Assembly (NCBI GenBank): GCA_041494685.1
Contig: JBGQBE010000019.1
Coordinates: forward strand, 1 to 53,367
Reading direction: 5' to 3'
Length of the DNA: 53,367 nucleotides
From: Dehalococcoidia bacterium
GTDB taxonomy: Bacteria; Chloroflexota; Dehalococcoidia; DSTF01; JACRBR01
The position numbers and the translations under genes are program-made. The notes below the pieces were generated by a model. It saw only the letters and a list, made by a program, of their open reading frames with translations. It was not told the origin of the DNA and made no database searches. Shown here one piece after another: positions 31,629 to 41,260 of this stretch (position 1 is its first letter; every line of letters starts with the position of its first letter).

Positions 31629-32732
31629 ATGAAGATCCTGGCGGTCGACATGGGCACGGGCACGCAGGACGTCCTGCTGTTCGACTCGTCCGGGCCGGTC
31701 GAGAACAGCGCGAAGATGGTGATGCCCAGCGCGACGCAGATCGCGGCGCGGCGCATCCGCCGTGCGACCGCCGCGGGCCGGGCGCTGCTGCTGACCGGCG
31801 TCACCCAGGGCGGCGGGCCGTGCCACTGGGCACTCGAAGAACACCTGCGCGCCGGGGGCGCCGCGTGGGCGACGCCCGAGGCGGCGCAGACGTTCGACGA
31901 CGACCTGGAACAGGTGGCGCGGATGGGCGTCCGCGTCGTCAGCGAGGACGAGGCCGCCGCGCTGCGGGACGTCGAGCGCGTCGTGCTGCGAGATCTGGAC
32001 CTGGCGGCGATCCGCGCCGCGCTGGCCGCGTTCGAGGTCGCGCCGGACTTCGACGGCATCGCCATCGCCTGCCTGGACCACGGCGCGTCGCCGCCCGGCT
32101 ACTCCGACCGCCTCTTCCGTTTCGACCACCTGAAGCGCGTGGTCGGCGCGCGCAACGACCTGCGGGCGTTCGCCTGTCTGCCGGAAGAACTGCCTGCATA
32201 CCTCACCCGCGCGCGCGCCATGGCGGCCAGCGCCCGCGAACAGGAGCCCTCGGCGCCGATCGTCTTCCTCGACACGGGGCCGGCGGCGGCGCTGGGCGCG
32301 CTGCAGGATCCGCGCGTCGCGGATGCCGGGCGCCGGCTGGTGCTGAACCTGGGCAACATGCACGCGCTGGCGTTCCACCTCGAGGGCACGCGCATCATCA
32401 GCCTGTACGAGCACCACACGGGCGAGATGTCGCGCGCGCAGATCGAGGACTTCAGCGAGCGGCTGGTGGCCGGCACGCTGGCGCACGAGGAGGTTTTCGG
32501 CACGAAGGGGCACGGCGCGTTCTACGCGGACCCCGGCGCGGCCGGCGGCGACGCCGAGATCGTGGCGGTGACGGGCCCGCAGCGCGGCCGCATCCGCGAC
32601 AGCCGGCTGCGGCCGTACTTTGCCGCGCCGCACGGCGACATGATGATCAGCGGCTGTTTCGGGCTGCTGGTGGCGTTCGCGGAGAAGCAGCCGGCGGCGC
32701 GCGATGAGATCGAGGCGGCGCTGGCGGGCTGA
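31629..32732 (+). CDS. DUF1786-family protein (actin-like fold)
   Basis: ILAVDMGTGTQDVLLFD; ENSAKMVMPS; DHGASP.GYSDRLFRF; EHHTG; PHGDMMISGCFG. Confidence 0.82.
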   Translation: MKILAVDMGTGTQDVLLFDSSGPVENSAKMVMPSATQIAARRIRRATAAGRALLLTGVTQGGGPCHWALEEHLRAGGAAWATPEAAQTFDDDLEQVARMGVRVVSEDEAAALRDVERVVLRDLDLAAIRAALAAFEVAPDFDGIAIACLDHGASPPGYSDRLFRFDHLKRVVGARNDLRAFACLPEELPAYLTRARAMAASAREQEPSAPIVFLDTGPAAALGALQDPRVADAGRRLVLNLGNMHALAFHLEGTRIISLYEHHTGEMSRAQIEDFSERLVAGTLAHEEVFGTKGHGAFYADPGAAGGDAEIVAVTGPQRGRIRDSRLRPYFAAPHGDMMISGCFGLLVAFAEKQPAARDEIEAALAG

Positions 32733-32825
32733 CGATCCACTGCGCGAGACCCCGGCGCTGCCACGCCACAGCCCTAACCACGCGCCGGTTTCGGCTACCG
32801 CCGCCAGCCGCTAGACTCCCGGCAT

Positions 32826-34262
32826 ATGAGCGGGATCCCCAGCTCGGTATTCCGGCCGCGAAGCGTGGCGATCGTCGGCGCGTCGGCGAACGTCGATAGC
32901 CCCGGCCACGACTACGTGCGCGCCATCGTCGACGCCGGCTTCGCGGGGCCGGTCTACCCGATCAACCCCCGCGCGCCGGAGATCCTGGGCCTGCAGGCGT
33001 ACCCTTCGCTTTCGGCCGTGCCAGGCGACGTCGACCTCGTCATCTCCTGCATCCCGGCCGACCGCGTGCTGGAGCTGATCGGCGAGTGTAAGGCGAAGGG
33101 TGCGACGACGCTGCACCTCTTCACCGGCCGCTTCAGCGAGACCGGCGACGCGAAGGCAGCCGAGCTGGAGCGCGAGGTGCAGCGCGTCGCCGCGGCGGCG
33201 GGCGTGCGGATCATCGGGCCGAATTGCATGGGCGTGTTCGACTCGGCATCCGGCCTGTCGTTCCGGCCGGACCTGCCGAACGAGCGCGGCGACGTCGCGT
33301 TCATCTCGCAGAGCGGCAACAACTCGGTCGAGTTGATGCTGCACGGCGCGGCGCGTGGCCTGCGCTTCAGCAAGGTCGTGAGCTACGGCAACGCGCTCGA
33401 CATCACCGAGGCCGACTTCCTGGACTTCCTCGCCGACGACCCCGAGACGCGGGTCGTCGGCGCCTACATCGAGGGCACGCGCGACGGTCGGCACTTCTTC
33501 GAGGCGCTGCGGCGGTGCGCACGGGCCAAGCCGGTCGTGATCCTGAAGGGCGGCCGGACCGGCGCCGGGTCGCGCACGGCCGCCTCGCACACGGCGGCGC
33601 TGGCGGGCCAGCGGCAGGTCTGGAGCGCGGTGCTGCGCCAGGCCGGCGCGGTCGAGGTCGCGACGTTCGACGATCTGATCGACATGCTGGTCGCGTTCGC
33701 ATTCCTGCGCGGCGGCGAGGGGGCGGCCCGCGGCACCGAGCGGCCGCGCGCGGGCATCGTCGGGGGCGGCGGCGGCCGCGCGGTGCAGTCGGCGGACGTC
33801 TGCGAGGAGGCCGGGCTCTCGGTGCGGAAGCTGCCGGAGAGCATCCGGGCGATGCTCCGCGAGAAGGCGCCGCAGCTGGCGGACTGGGTCGACAACCCGG
33901 TGGACCAGTCGATCCTGGCGGGCAGCGGCGTCTCGGGCGCGCGCGTGCTGGAGATGATGCTGGACGCGCCGGAGATCGACGCGCTGATCGCGAACGTCGG
34001 TGAAGACTGGGTGCTGGGCCGGCCGGACGCGATCGACCGGATGGCGCACCTGGTGGACCGCTTCGTGGCGATCGGCGTGAAATCAAAGAAGCCGATGGCG
34101 TTCGTGCTGGGGCCGGCGGACTCGCCGGACGAGACGAAATGGCGCGCGGTGGAGGGCGGGCGAGGGCGGCTGACGGACGCGCGCCTCGCGGTGTACCCCA
34201 GCGTCGACCGCGCCGCCTCCGCGCTGGCGCGCTACCTGCGATCCCTGCGCGACAGGGAGTAG
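32826..34262 (+). CDS. Acyl-CoA synthetase (NDP-forming), CoA-binding alpha subunit
   Basis: FRPRSVAIVGAS; IIGPNCMG; FISQSG; SYGNALD; AASHTAALAG. Confidence 0.9.
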   Translation: MSGIPSSVFRPRSVAIVGASANVDSPGHDYVRAIVDAGFAGPVYPINPRAPEILGLQAYPSLSAVPGDVDLVISCIPADRVLELIGECKAKGATTLHLFTGRFSETGDAKAAELEREVQRVAAAAGVRIIGPNCMGVFDSASGLSFRPDLPNERGDVAFISQSGNNSVELMLHGAARGLRFSKVVSYGNALDITEADFLDFLADDPETRVVGAYIEGTRDGRHFFEALRRCARAKPVVILKGGRTGAGSRTAASHTAALAGQRQVWSAVLRQAGAVEVATFDDLIDMLVAFAFLRGGEGAARGTERPRAGIVGGGGGRAVQSADVCEEAGLSVRKLPESIRAMLREKAPQLADWVDNPVDQSILAGSGVSGARVLEMMLDAPEIDALIANVGEDWVLGRPDAIDRMAHLVDRFVAIGVKSKKPMAFVLGPADSPDETKWRAVEGGRGRLTDARLAVYPSVDRAASALARYLRSLRDRE

Positions 34263-34498
34263 CCGAGGGCCGCCCGGACCGCCACATCCCGCCCGAATGC
34301 AGCCACCTCGGCGCGGCCGCCTTTCCCGAAGGGCGGAGCCTCCGCTGCCTCCCCCTGGTCTCCGGCCGCCCCATCATCGACGCGTCACCCGCGACCTATC
34401 CGGCCGGATCAGGGGGTTCCCGTACGCGATCTGCCGCGGATCTCGGGGTGGAGACACGGAGAAGCGCCGGCTGAGTGCCGGCTGAGGGTGCGCGCACC

Positions 34499-34525
34499 TA
34501 CATTCCGCCGGGAGGGTGTCGATAT
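34499..34525 (+). promoter_or_regulatory. Candidate sigma28-type promoter upstream of flaH
   Basis: TACA-N15-GTCGATAT versus consensus TAAA-N15/16-GCCGATAW; one mismatch in each element. Confidence 0.6.
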
Positions 34526-34638
34526 AGATATAGGAGCCCAGCGCGGAGCGCCGGGCGTCTGCGCATGCATCCTCGCGTGCGCGGGCATGGAAGCCGCGCG
34601 AGCCCACAGGGCTGGCGTACGGGTGGGAGGCAGGAGCC

Positions 34639-35361
34639 GTGGTAGCAGAAGCAGCAGTCGACGGCGCGCGTCGGGTCGTATCGACCGGCAGTGGCGAGAT
34701 CGACAAGAAGATGGGTGGCGGCATCCCGGAAGGCTCGCTGATCCTCATCGAGGGGTCGTCGAACGCCGGGAAGAGCGTCGTGACGCAGCAGTTCATCCAC
34801 GGTGCGCTGAACAGCGGGTTCCGCTGCGTGCTGTACACGACCGAGAACACGGCGCGCAGCCTCTTCCGCCAGATGGCGAGCCTGAGCCTGGACGTGACCG
34901 ACTTCTACCTGCTGGGCGCGTTCAACGTGTACCCGGTACCGGCCGCCATGACGCCAGACGCCGCGAGCACCGCGTTCGCCAAGCTGCTCGAGCATTTCGC
35001 GCAGTTGGAGGGCAAGTTCGACGTCATCTTCATCGACGCGATGACGTCGTTCGTGTCGCAGGTGCCGGAGAGCCAGACCCTGCAGTTCCTGACGGCCGTG
35101 AAGCGGTTCGTGGACGACAACATGACCATCTTCTTCACGCTGCACTCGCACGCGTTTGAGGAGGCGATGTTCATGCGGATGCGGTCGCTGTGCGACGCCC
35201 ATCTGCGGCTGCGCACCGAAGAGATGCGCGACCAGCTGATGAAGGTGCTGGAAGTCGCGAAGGTGCGGGGCGCCGAGAAGACGACCGGTAACATCGTGAG
35301 CTTTGACGTGGAGCCAGGACTGGGCATGCGGATCATCCCCGTGTCGAGCGCCAAGGCGTAG
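34639..35361 (+). CDS. flaH: Archaellum accessory RecA/KaiC-fold ATPase FlaH (ArlH)
   Basis: STGSGEIDKKMGGGIPEGSLILIEG; Walker A GSSNAGKS; YTTE; atypical Walker B FIDAMT; KVRGA...FDVEPGLG. Single domain, directly upstream of flaI. Confidence 0.87.
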   Translation: MVAEAAVDGARRVVSTGSGEIDKKMGGGIPEGSLILIEGSSNAGKSVVTQQFIHGALNSGFRCVLYTTENTARSLFRQMASLSLDVTDFYLLGAFNVYPVPAAMTPDAASTAFAKLLEHFAQLEGKFDVIFIDAMTSFVSQVPESQTLQFLTAVKRFVDDNMTIFFTLHSHAFEEAMFMRMRSLCDAHLRLRTEEMRDQLMKVLEVAKVRGAEKTTGNIVSFDVEPGLGMRIIPVSSAKA

Positions 35362-35370
35362 CAAGGAACC

Positions 35371-37143
35371 ATGCCGCAGCGTCTGCCGTTCGAGGCCCCG
35401 GAGCAGATCGACGACCACGGCGGTGGGCAGGCAGTATCGTGCCCGCTCCACAACCTGCTCTCGCCCGAGCTGCGCGACGTGGCGGACGAGGCGCCGCACC
35501 TGATGCGGTACCTGCATAAGGTGCCGTTCAACGAGTTCGGCGTGCCGGACTTCTACCCGGAAGTCAACCGGAAGATGGGCGACATGAAGGACCCAAACTT
35601 CATCTACCCGGTGGGCGTCAACAGTTTCATCCACATCTTCCCGGACAACCAGGAGGCCCGGAACTATTACATCGCCATCGAGCCGGGCTCCGACACGATG
35701 GGCGACCTGATCGAGCAGATGGAGTTCCGCCTGCTGGACTTCGTGGAGATCCTCGCCGACGCGATCTCTCCCGAAGAGAAGACCGAAGTGCTGCTCAAGG
35801 CGATCGAGGACTCGTGCGAGGTGGTGGACCGCAGCGCGGAGCCGGCCGCGGTGGGCGCCGCCAAGGTCAAGAAGGGCGAGGGCGGGTTCCTCAAGCTGCC
35901 GTTTGGCGGCGGGAAGGAAGGCGCCCGCGGCGGGAAGATGAAGGTCACCGAGTTCGAGATGGAGAGCCTGCGGTACATGGTGATCCGCGACAAGGTGGGC
36001 ATGGGGCCGCTGGAGCCGCTGATCAGCGACCCGTGGATTGAGGACATCAGCTGCAGCGGCATCGGCCCCGTGTACATCGAGCACAAGGTGTTCGGCGGGC
36101 TGAAGAGCAGCATCAACTTCGACACGCACGAAGAGCTGGACGACTTCGTGCTGAAGCTGGCAGAGAAGATGAAGAAGCCGGTGACGTTCCGCAGCCCGAT
36201 CGTGGACGCGACGCTGCCGGACGGCTCGCGTATCAACATCGTCTACGGCGGCGACGTCTCGAAGAACGGATCGAACTTCACCATCAGAAAGTTCATGGGC
36301 ATCCCGCTGAGCATCGTGGACATCTGCAACTCCGGGATGCTCACCTGGCAAATGGCGGGGTACATGTCGCTGATCGTGGAAGAAGGGATGAACTTCTTCG
36401 TCTCGGGTGAGACGGCCTCCGGTAAGACGACGCTGATGAACTCGTTGATGACGTTCATCCGGCCCGACGCGAAGATCGTCAGCATCGAGGACACGCCGGA
36501 AGTCCAGGTGCCGCATCCGAACTGGACGCGGGAGGTCGTCCGCGGCGCGATGAGCCAGGGCGGCGGCAGCGTGGACATGTTCAGCCTGCTGAAAGCCGCC
36601 CTCCGCCAGCGACCCAACCAGATCATCATCGGAGAGATCCGCGGAGAGGAGGGGAACATCGCGTTCCAGGCCATGATGACCGGCCACGCGGTGTGCTCCA
36701 CGTTCCACGCGGCCACGGTAGAGAAGCTGATCCAGCGTGTCACGGGTGTGCCGATCAGCGTGCCGCGGACGTACGTTGAGAACCTGAACGTAGTCGTGAT
36801 CTGCAGCTCCGTGCGCCTGCCCACCGGCAAGATGGGCCGCCGGATCCTGAGCATCAGCGAGATCATCGGCTACGACCCGGTCGCGGGTTCGTTCTCGTTC
36901 ATCGAGGTGTACCGGTGGGACCCCGTGAAGGACGAGTTCGAGTTCGTCGGCCTGAACAACAGCTACCTGCTGGAGCAGCGCATCGCCCCCAACAGGGGAC
37001 TGTCCGAGAAGAAGCGCCGGATGATCTACAAGGAAGTGGACCGCCGGGGCGCGCTCCTCCAGAAACTGGCCGAGTCGGGAGTCAGCAACTTCTACGAGCT
37101 GTTCAAGCTCCTCTCGAAGGCACAGAAGCAGGGGCTGTTCTAG
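35371..37143 (+). CDS. flaI: Archaellum motor/assembly ATPase FlaI (ArlI)
   Basis: Archaeal-type N-terminus PHLMRYL...PNFIYPV...FIHI; DPWIEDISCSG; LPDGSRINIVYG; GETASGKTT; LRQRPNQIIIGEIRG; TGH/TFHA His boxes; F.WDPVKD.F C-terminal domain. Confidence 0.9.
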   Translation: MPQRLPFEAPEQIDDHGGGQAVSCPLHNLLSPELRDVADEAPHLMRYLHKVPFNEFGVPDFYPEVNRKMGDMKDPNFIYPVGVNSFIHIFPDNQEARNYYIAIEPGSDTMGDLIEQMEFRLLDFVEILADAISPEEKTEVLLKAIEDSCEVVDRSAEPAAVGAAKVKKGEGGFLKLPFGGGKEGARGGKMKVTEFEMESLRYMVIRDKVGMGPLEPLISDPWIEDISCSGIGPVYIEHKVFGGLKSSINFDTHEELDDFVLKLAEKMKKPVTFRSPIVDATLPDGSRINIVYGGDVSKNGSNFTIRKFMGIPLSIVDICNSGMLTWQMAGYMSLIVEEGMNFFVSGETASGKTTLMNSLMTFIRPDAKIVSIEDTPEVQVPHPNWTREVVRGAMSQGGGSVDMFSLLKAALRQRPNQIIIGEIRGEEGNIAFQAMMTGHAVCSTFHAATVEKLIQRVTGVPISVPRTYVENLNVVVICSSVRLPTGKMGRRILSISEIIGYDPVAGSFSFIEVYRWDPVKDEFEFVGLNNSYLLEQRIAPNRGLSEKKRRMIYKEVDRRGALLQKLAESGVSNFYELFKLLSKAQKQGLF

Positions 37144-37241
37144 GGTTGGGAAGCTAGAAGTTGGAAATTGGAGACTGGGGATTGAGCGACTGAGCCCCTT
37201 CTCGAACCCCACCGACCAGAGACCAGCGACCAGCGACCAGT
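37144..37241. repeat. Heptamer repeat tracts downstream of flaI
   Basis: TAGAAGT TGGAAAT TGGAGAC TGGGGAT, then GACCAGA GACCAGC GACCAGC GACCAGT (37214-37241). Confidence 0.7.
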
Positions 37242-37271
37242 ATCTACGCCCCAACCCCCAGCATCCCATCC

Positions 37272-37312
37272 GAGGGTTCACCCCTAAGGGATTCGCCTAA
37301 CGCTGCCGATAC
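37272..37312 (+). promoter_or_regulatory. Sigma28-type promoter overlapped by tandem palindromes
   Basis: TAAG (37285)-N16-GCCGATAC (37305); GAGGGTTCACCCCTA (37272) and TAAGGGATTCGCCTA (37285). Confidence 0.62.
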
Positions 37313-37370
37313 TTCCGTGAGCAATGTGCCGCGCCTCGTGGGCGCGCGCTCTCGGAAGGCGGTGAGCGGC

Positions 37371-37715
37371 ATGGCATTCGGCAAGAAGAAGGACAGCGGG
37401 GCGGCGCCTGCCGTCGAGGCCACGGACTACGGCATCGAGGTCTCGGACGCGTTGTTCGCCGAGCAGCCGGCGGAGGAAGAAGACCCGATCGCGGCGGGCC
37501 TGCTGGCGGAGGAGGAGGCCGAGGCGGCCAAGGACCCGTTCGCGGGCGACCTCCTCAACATGTTCCAGACCACCCAGATAGAGACGGACGACTTGACGGT
37601 CCTGCTCGACCTGGCTGGCGACGTGGACGTGGACGACCTGCTCGAGGATCTGCAGACGATCGCCGCGGCGATGGGATGCAACCTGGTGACCGCGGAGGAA
37701 TACACGGCGGCCTGA
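37371..37715 (+). CDS. Small highly acidic hypothetical protein
   Basis: MAFGKKK start; Asp/Glu-rich; C-terminal DVDVDDLLEDLQ amphipathic segment; host-like codon usage. Confidence 0.8.
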   Translation: MAFGKKKDSGAAPAVEATDYGIEVSDALFAEQPAEEEDPIAAGLLAEEEAEAAKDPFAGDLLNMFQTTQIETDDLTVLLDLAGDVDVDDLLEDLQTIAAAMGCNLVTAEEYTAA

Positions 37716-37928
37716 GGGTGGATAGTCCACAGGAGACAGCTCGCAGTTCGAGACAGGGGCGGATCAGTGATCCGCCCCGTCCTCGTTGTGTGCCCGGCCG
37801 ATCACGTGGCGTTGGGGGACCGCGCCCTCGTGGCGCGGCGAGCCCGCTCTCCACAGTGACCGGCCAGCCGTCTACTCGAAATCGTTTGCCTTCCCCTAAA
37901 CAATTGGCACTGGCATACTCCCCCCGTT

Positions 37929-38342
37929 ATGCCAAAACGACCCATTCCCCAAGCGACACCCGAGACCGCCGAATTCTGGGCCGGCACGAAGCGGCACCAG
38001 CTGCGCATCCAGCGCTGCAACGGCTGCGGCAAGGCCTACTTCTTCCCGCGGCCGTTCTGCCCGTCCTGCTCGTCACGCGACGTGGCATGGTTCACGGCGA
38101 GCGGACGGGGCAAGCTCTACTCGTACGTCATCAACTACCGCGCGGCGCACGGCTTCCAGGACTACGCGCCGTACGTCATCGCCGTCGTGGAGCTGGAAGA
38201 GGGGCCGCGGATGATGACCAACATCATCGGCATCGAGCCGACCCCCGAGAACCTGCCCATCGACCTGCCGGTCGAGGTGACGTGGGAGGAGCAGGACGCG
38301 GAGATCACGCTGCCGCTCTTCCGCCCCAGGAGCGCATCATGA
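37929..38342 (+). CDS. Zn-ribbon OB-fold protein (DUF35/ChsH2-like)
   Basis: FWAG...IQRCNGCG...FPRPFCPSC; VELEEGPRMMTNI. Confidence 0.92.
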   Translation: MPKRPIPQATPETAEFWAGTKRHQLRIQRCNGCGKAYFFPRPFCPSCSSRDVAWFTASGRGKLYSYVINYRAAHGFQDYAPYVIAVVELEEGPRMMTNIIGIEPTPENLPIDLPVEVTWEEQDAEITLPLFRPRSAS

Positions 38343-39487
38343 GCCTGCGCATGAGCGTCGCCATCGTCGGCGCGGCCGAGACCGACAGCGTCGCCATCCA
38401 GCCCGACAAGTCCGCGATCCAGCTGCACGCGGAGGCGGCGCTGAACGCGCTGGCCGACGCCGGCATCAGCAAGGACGACGTGGATGCGGTGCTCTGCGCC
38501 GGCCAGTCGCCCGTGGCGGTGGCGGAGTACCTTGGCATCGTGCCGACGTACATCGACGGCACCTCGGTGGGCGGCTGCTCGTTCATGCTCCACGTGCGGC
38601 ACGCGGCCGCGGCGATCAAGGCCGGCCTGTGCACCACGGCGCTGATCACGCACGGTCAGAGCGGCCGGTCGCGCGTCGGCGAGAGCGGCTGGGGGCAGTC
38701 GCGGCAGAGCCTGAGCGCGCAGTTCGAGGAGCCGTACGGCGTGGCGGGGCCGCCGACGCGCTTCACCATCCCGATCCTGCGCCACATGCACGAGTACGGC
38801 ACGACGCACGAGCAGCTCGCCTCCGTCGCGGTGGCGACACGGCGCTGGGCGGAAACGAACCCGCGCGCGATGATGCGCGATCCGATCACGATCGAAGACG
38901 TCCTGAACTCGCGGATGATCGCCTACCCGGTGCACCTGCTGGAGTGCTGCCTCGTCACCGACGGCGGCGGCGCGCTGGTGATGGTCTCGGCGGAGCGGGC
39001 GAAAGACTTCCCGAAGAAGCCGGTCTACCTGCTCGGATCGGGCGAGTCGTCCGAGCACTCGATGATCAGCCAGATGGTGGACTTCACGGAGTCGCGCGCG
39101 TTCAAGGTGTCGGGGCAGCTGGCGTTCAAGGAAGCCGGCATCGCCCACAAGGACATCGACCACGCGATGTTCTACGACGCGTTCGCGCACACGCCGATGT
39201 TCGCGCTCGAGGCGCTGGGCTTCGTGGGCAAGGGCGAGAGCGGGCCGTTCTTCGCCGAGATGCGGACGGCGCCCGGCGGCGACTTCCCGCTGAACACGAA
39301 CGGCGGCGGCCTGAGCTACACCCACACCGGCATGTACGGCATGTTCGCGATCCAGGAGTCGGTGCGACAGCTCCGCGGCGAGGCCGCAAACCAGCTGCCG
39401 AACGTGCGCACGAGCATCTCGCACGGCGTGGGCGGCATGTTCCACGCGGCCGGCACGCTGATCCTGACGAACGACGAGCGCGCATAG
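38339..39487 (+). CDS. SCP2-type thiolase / Ltp2-like aldolase
   Basis: AIVGAAE; ECCLVTDGGGA; YDAF; NTNGGGLSYTHTG. ATGA-coupled to the DUF35 gene. Confidence 0.9.
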   Translation: MSLRMSVAIVGAAETDSVAIQPDKSAIQLHAEAALNALADAGISKDDVDAVLCAGQSPVAVAEYLGIVPTYIDGTSVGGCSFMLHVRHAAAAIKAGLCTTALITHGQSGRSRVGESGWGQSRQSLSAQFEEPYGVAGPPTRFTIPILRHMHEYGTTHEQLASVAVATRRWAETNPRAMMRDPITIEDVLNSRMIAYPVHLLECCLVTDGGGALVMVSAERAKDFPKKPVYLLGSGESSEHSMISQMVDFTESRAFKVSGQLAFKEAGIAHKDIDHAMFYDAFAHTPMFALEALGFVGKGESGPFFAEMRTAPGGDFPLNTNGGGLSYTHTGMYGMFAIQESVRQLRGEAANQLPNVRTSISHGVGGMFHAAGTLILTNDERA

Positions 39488-39558
39488 GCGGAGCAACGAT
39501 CGGGTAGTCTGACGCGTGGCCGGCCACGGCGAGCGGCCGGCGGGGCGGGAGGGCCGCG

Positions 39559-39816
39559 ATGACGAAGACGCTCGAACTGCTGGGGTACGCGCCGGACGAC
39601 CGCGTGCTGATCATCCACGCCGACGACGTCGGCTACTCCCACGCATCCAACGTCGCCGCGTTCGAAGCAATGTCACAGGGCAGTCTCACCTGCGCGTCGA
39701 CCCTTGTGCCGGGGCCATGGTTCATGGAGACCGTGGACCTGCTGAACGCGCACCAGCAGGCCGACATGGGCGTCCACATGACGCTCACCGCCGAGTACCG
39801 CACGTACCGCTGGCGG
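39559..39816 (+). pseudogene. 5' fragment of a ChbG/YdjC-family deacetylase
   Basis: LIIHADDVG...SN...VPGPWF...GVHMTLTAEY..YRW, after which family-like sequence stops. Confidence 0.72.
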
Positions 39817-40112
39817 AGCGCGAGCGGACAGCCGTCACGGCGACCGCGGTGCTGCCCGGCACGACGCGCACCGACTTCTTCGAGGTGCAACGGACCAACG
39901 ACGGCCACGTCTCCGCACCCACCGGCCCCCGGCAGGATCCGGACGCCGTCGCGCGGGCGATCGTCCGCTCGGTGCGCAAGCCGACGCCCGAGGTGAACAT
40001 GGTGCGGATGTTCCGCGTCGCCTACGGGCTGCACGGATTCTTCCCGGCGCTGCGGGATATCGCCGGCCGCCAGTTCTACCGCCGCACGCGCGGTAAGCCG
40101 CGCCGGAAGTAG
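39810..40112 (+). pseudogene. 3' fragment of a short-chain dehydrogenase/reductase
   Basis: VTATAVLPGTTRTDFF...QDPDAVARAIVRSV..P.PEV in a different frame; no Rossmann or YxxxK region present. Confidence 0.65.
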
Positions 40113-40129
40113 CGGGCCGCGGCGCGCCG

Positions 40130-40813
40130 TTACGCAGCTGGCTTGTCCTGCTGCGGCGCATCGTCCGGGGCGTACTGCTCCAGGGTGTCGCGCTGAAACT
40201 CCAGGTCGAGCCAGTGCGCCGGCGCGCCGCTCTCCTTCAGCGTGCTGTAGGTGTGCGTCAGCACGTCGTGGTCCAGCCCCATCGCCTCCAGGCGCTGCAG
40301 CTCGGCCTGCGCCTGCTCTTCCGAGATCAGGCCGCGCGCCACCTGGTTCCAGATGGTGCCCGCCATATACGACGACTGCGTCCAGACCGTCTCATCGAGC
40401 GCATCACCTGCCATCGCCTCGTTCACGAGCGTCACCGGGTACCGGCAGTGGTTCATGACTTCGTCGGCGACGCTGCCGAGCACGGCCCTCTTGAGGCCGC
40501 GCCGGCCGCGCGTGCCCATGATGATGGCATCGACCTGGTACTCGTCCGCGACCTTCACGATCTCCTCCGCCGGGTCGCCCTTGCGCACGATGCCATGCGC
40601 ATCGACGCCGTGCGCCTGCAACTGCGATTCGCAGGCGTCGACGTACGACTCGGCCGCGCGGGCGGCCTGAGGCTCCAGGGCCTTGATCCCCGAGATGACC
40701 TGCAGCAGGTGGATCGTGGCACCGGTGGCCTCGGAGATGCGCTTCAGGTGCGGCAGCAGGATACGGTCACGGGACGAATGGTCGAGCGGTGCGAGTATCT
40801 TGAGTTGGGACAT
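40130..40813 (-). CDS. Universal stress protein with C-terminal extension
   Basis: KILAPLDHS; GDPAEEI; IIMGTRGRRGLKRAVLGSVADEV. AAAGGAG RBS. Confidence 0.9.
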   Translation of the reverse strand: MSQLKILAPLDHSSRDRILLPHLKRISEATGATIHLLQVISGIKALEPQAARAAESYVDACESQLQAHGVDAHGIVRKGDPAEEIVKVADEYQVDAIIMGTRGRRGLKRAVLGSVADEVMNHCRYPVTLVNEAMAGDALDETVWTQSSYMAGTIWNQVARGLISEEQAQAELQRLEAMGLDHDVLTHTYSTLKESGAPAHWLDLEFQRDTLEQYAPDDAPQQDKPAA

Positions 40814-41260
40814 TGCAATCTCCTTTCCGGAGTATCGACGTGCCCAGCCCAGAGTTGAGAGCGGAGCTGGTGGATCCGCTGCTCGCCAGCCACCTGCACG
40901 GCAGATCCATCGTCCGCCCAGTGCCGAACGGCGGGGCCGGGAGCATGGCACTCTTTCGTCAGGCGGGCGCGACCTTCCTCTTAGCGTCGCGCTCCACTCA
41001 GCCGTCCTGCCGCAGGGCATGCGGCAGGGACGGCACGGGCAGAAGGGCGCGGCCGCGAGCGACCTCACGTCCCCTCCGACGTCACTATCGCCGGCAAGGG
41101 CTTCGGGAAGGCCAGTTCCGGTACCCGGCAGGCATAGTCATATCGGGTAACCGGATCTATATATCGCGCATCGCGAAAACGGCGCATCGACACATGGACT
41201 CCGTGCGGCGGGCGCCGTCTAATGAGTGCAAGCCGCCATGAGCGCACGCCAGCAAGCAGC

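Noticed and set aside
34639..35361. KaiC circadian clock protein
   Set aside because: Single domain with an atypical Walker B, no kaiA/kaiB, and adjacent to a FlaI-type ATPase; FlaH fits better.
34498..37281. 927-aa minus-strand ORF and similar long antisense ORFs (e.g. 21811-23511, 46622-48349)
   Set aside because: Shadow frames of well-supported genes in GC-rich DNA; no motifs of their own.
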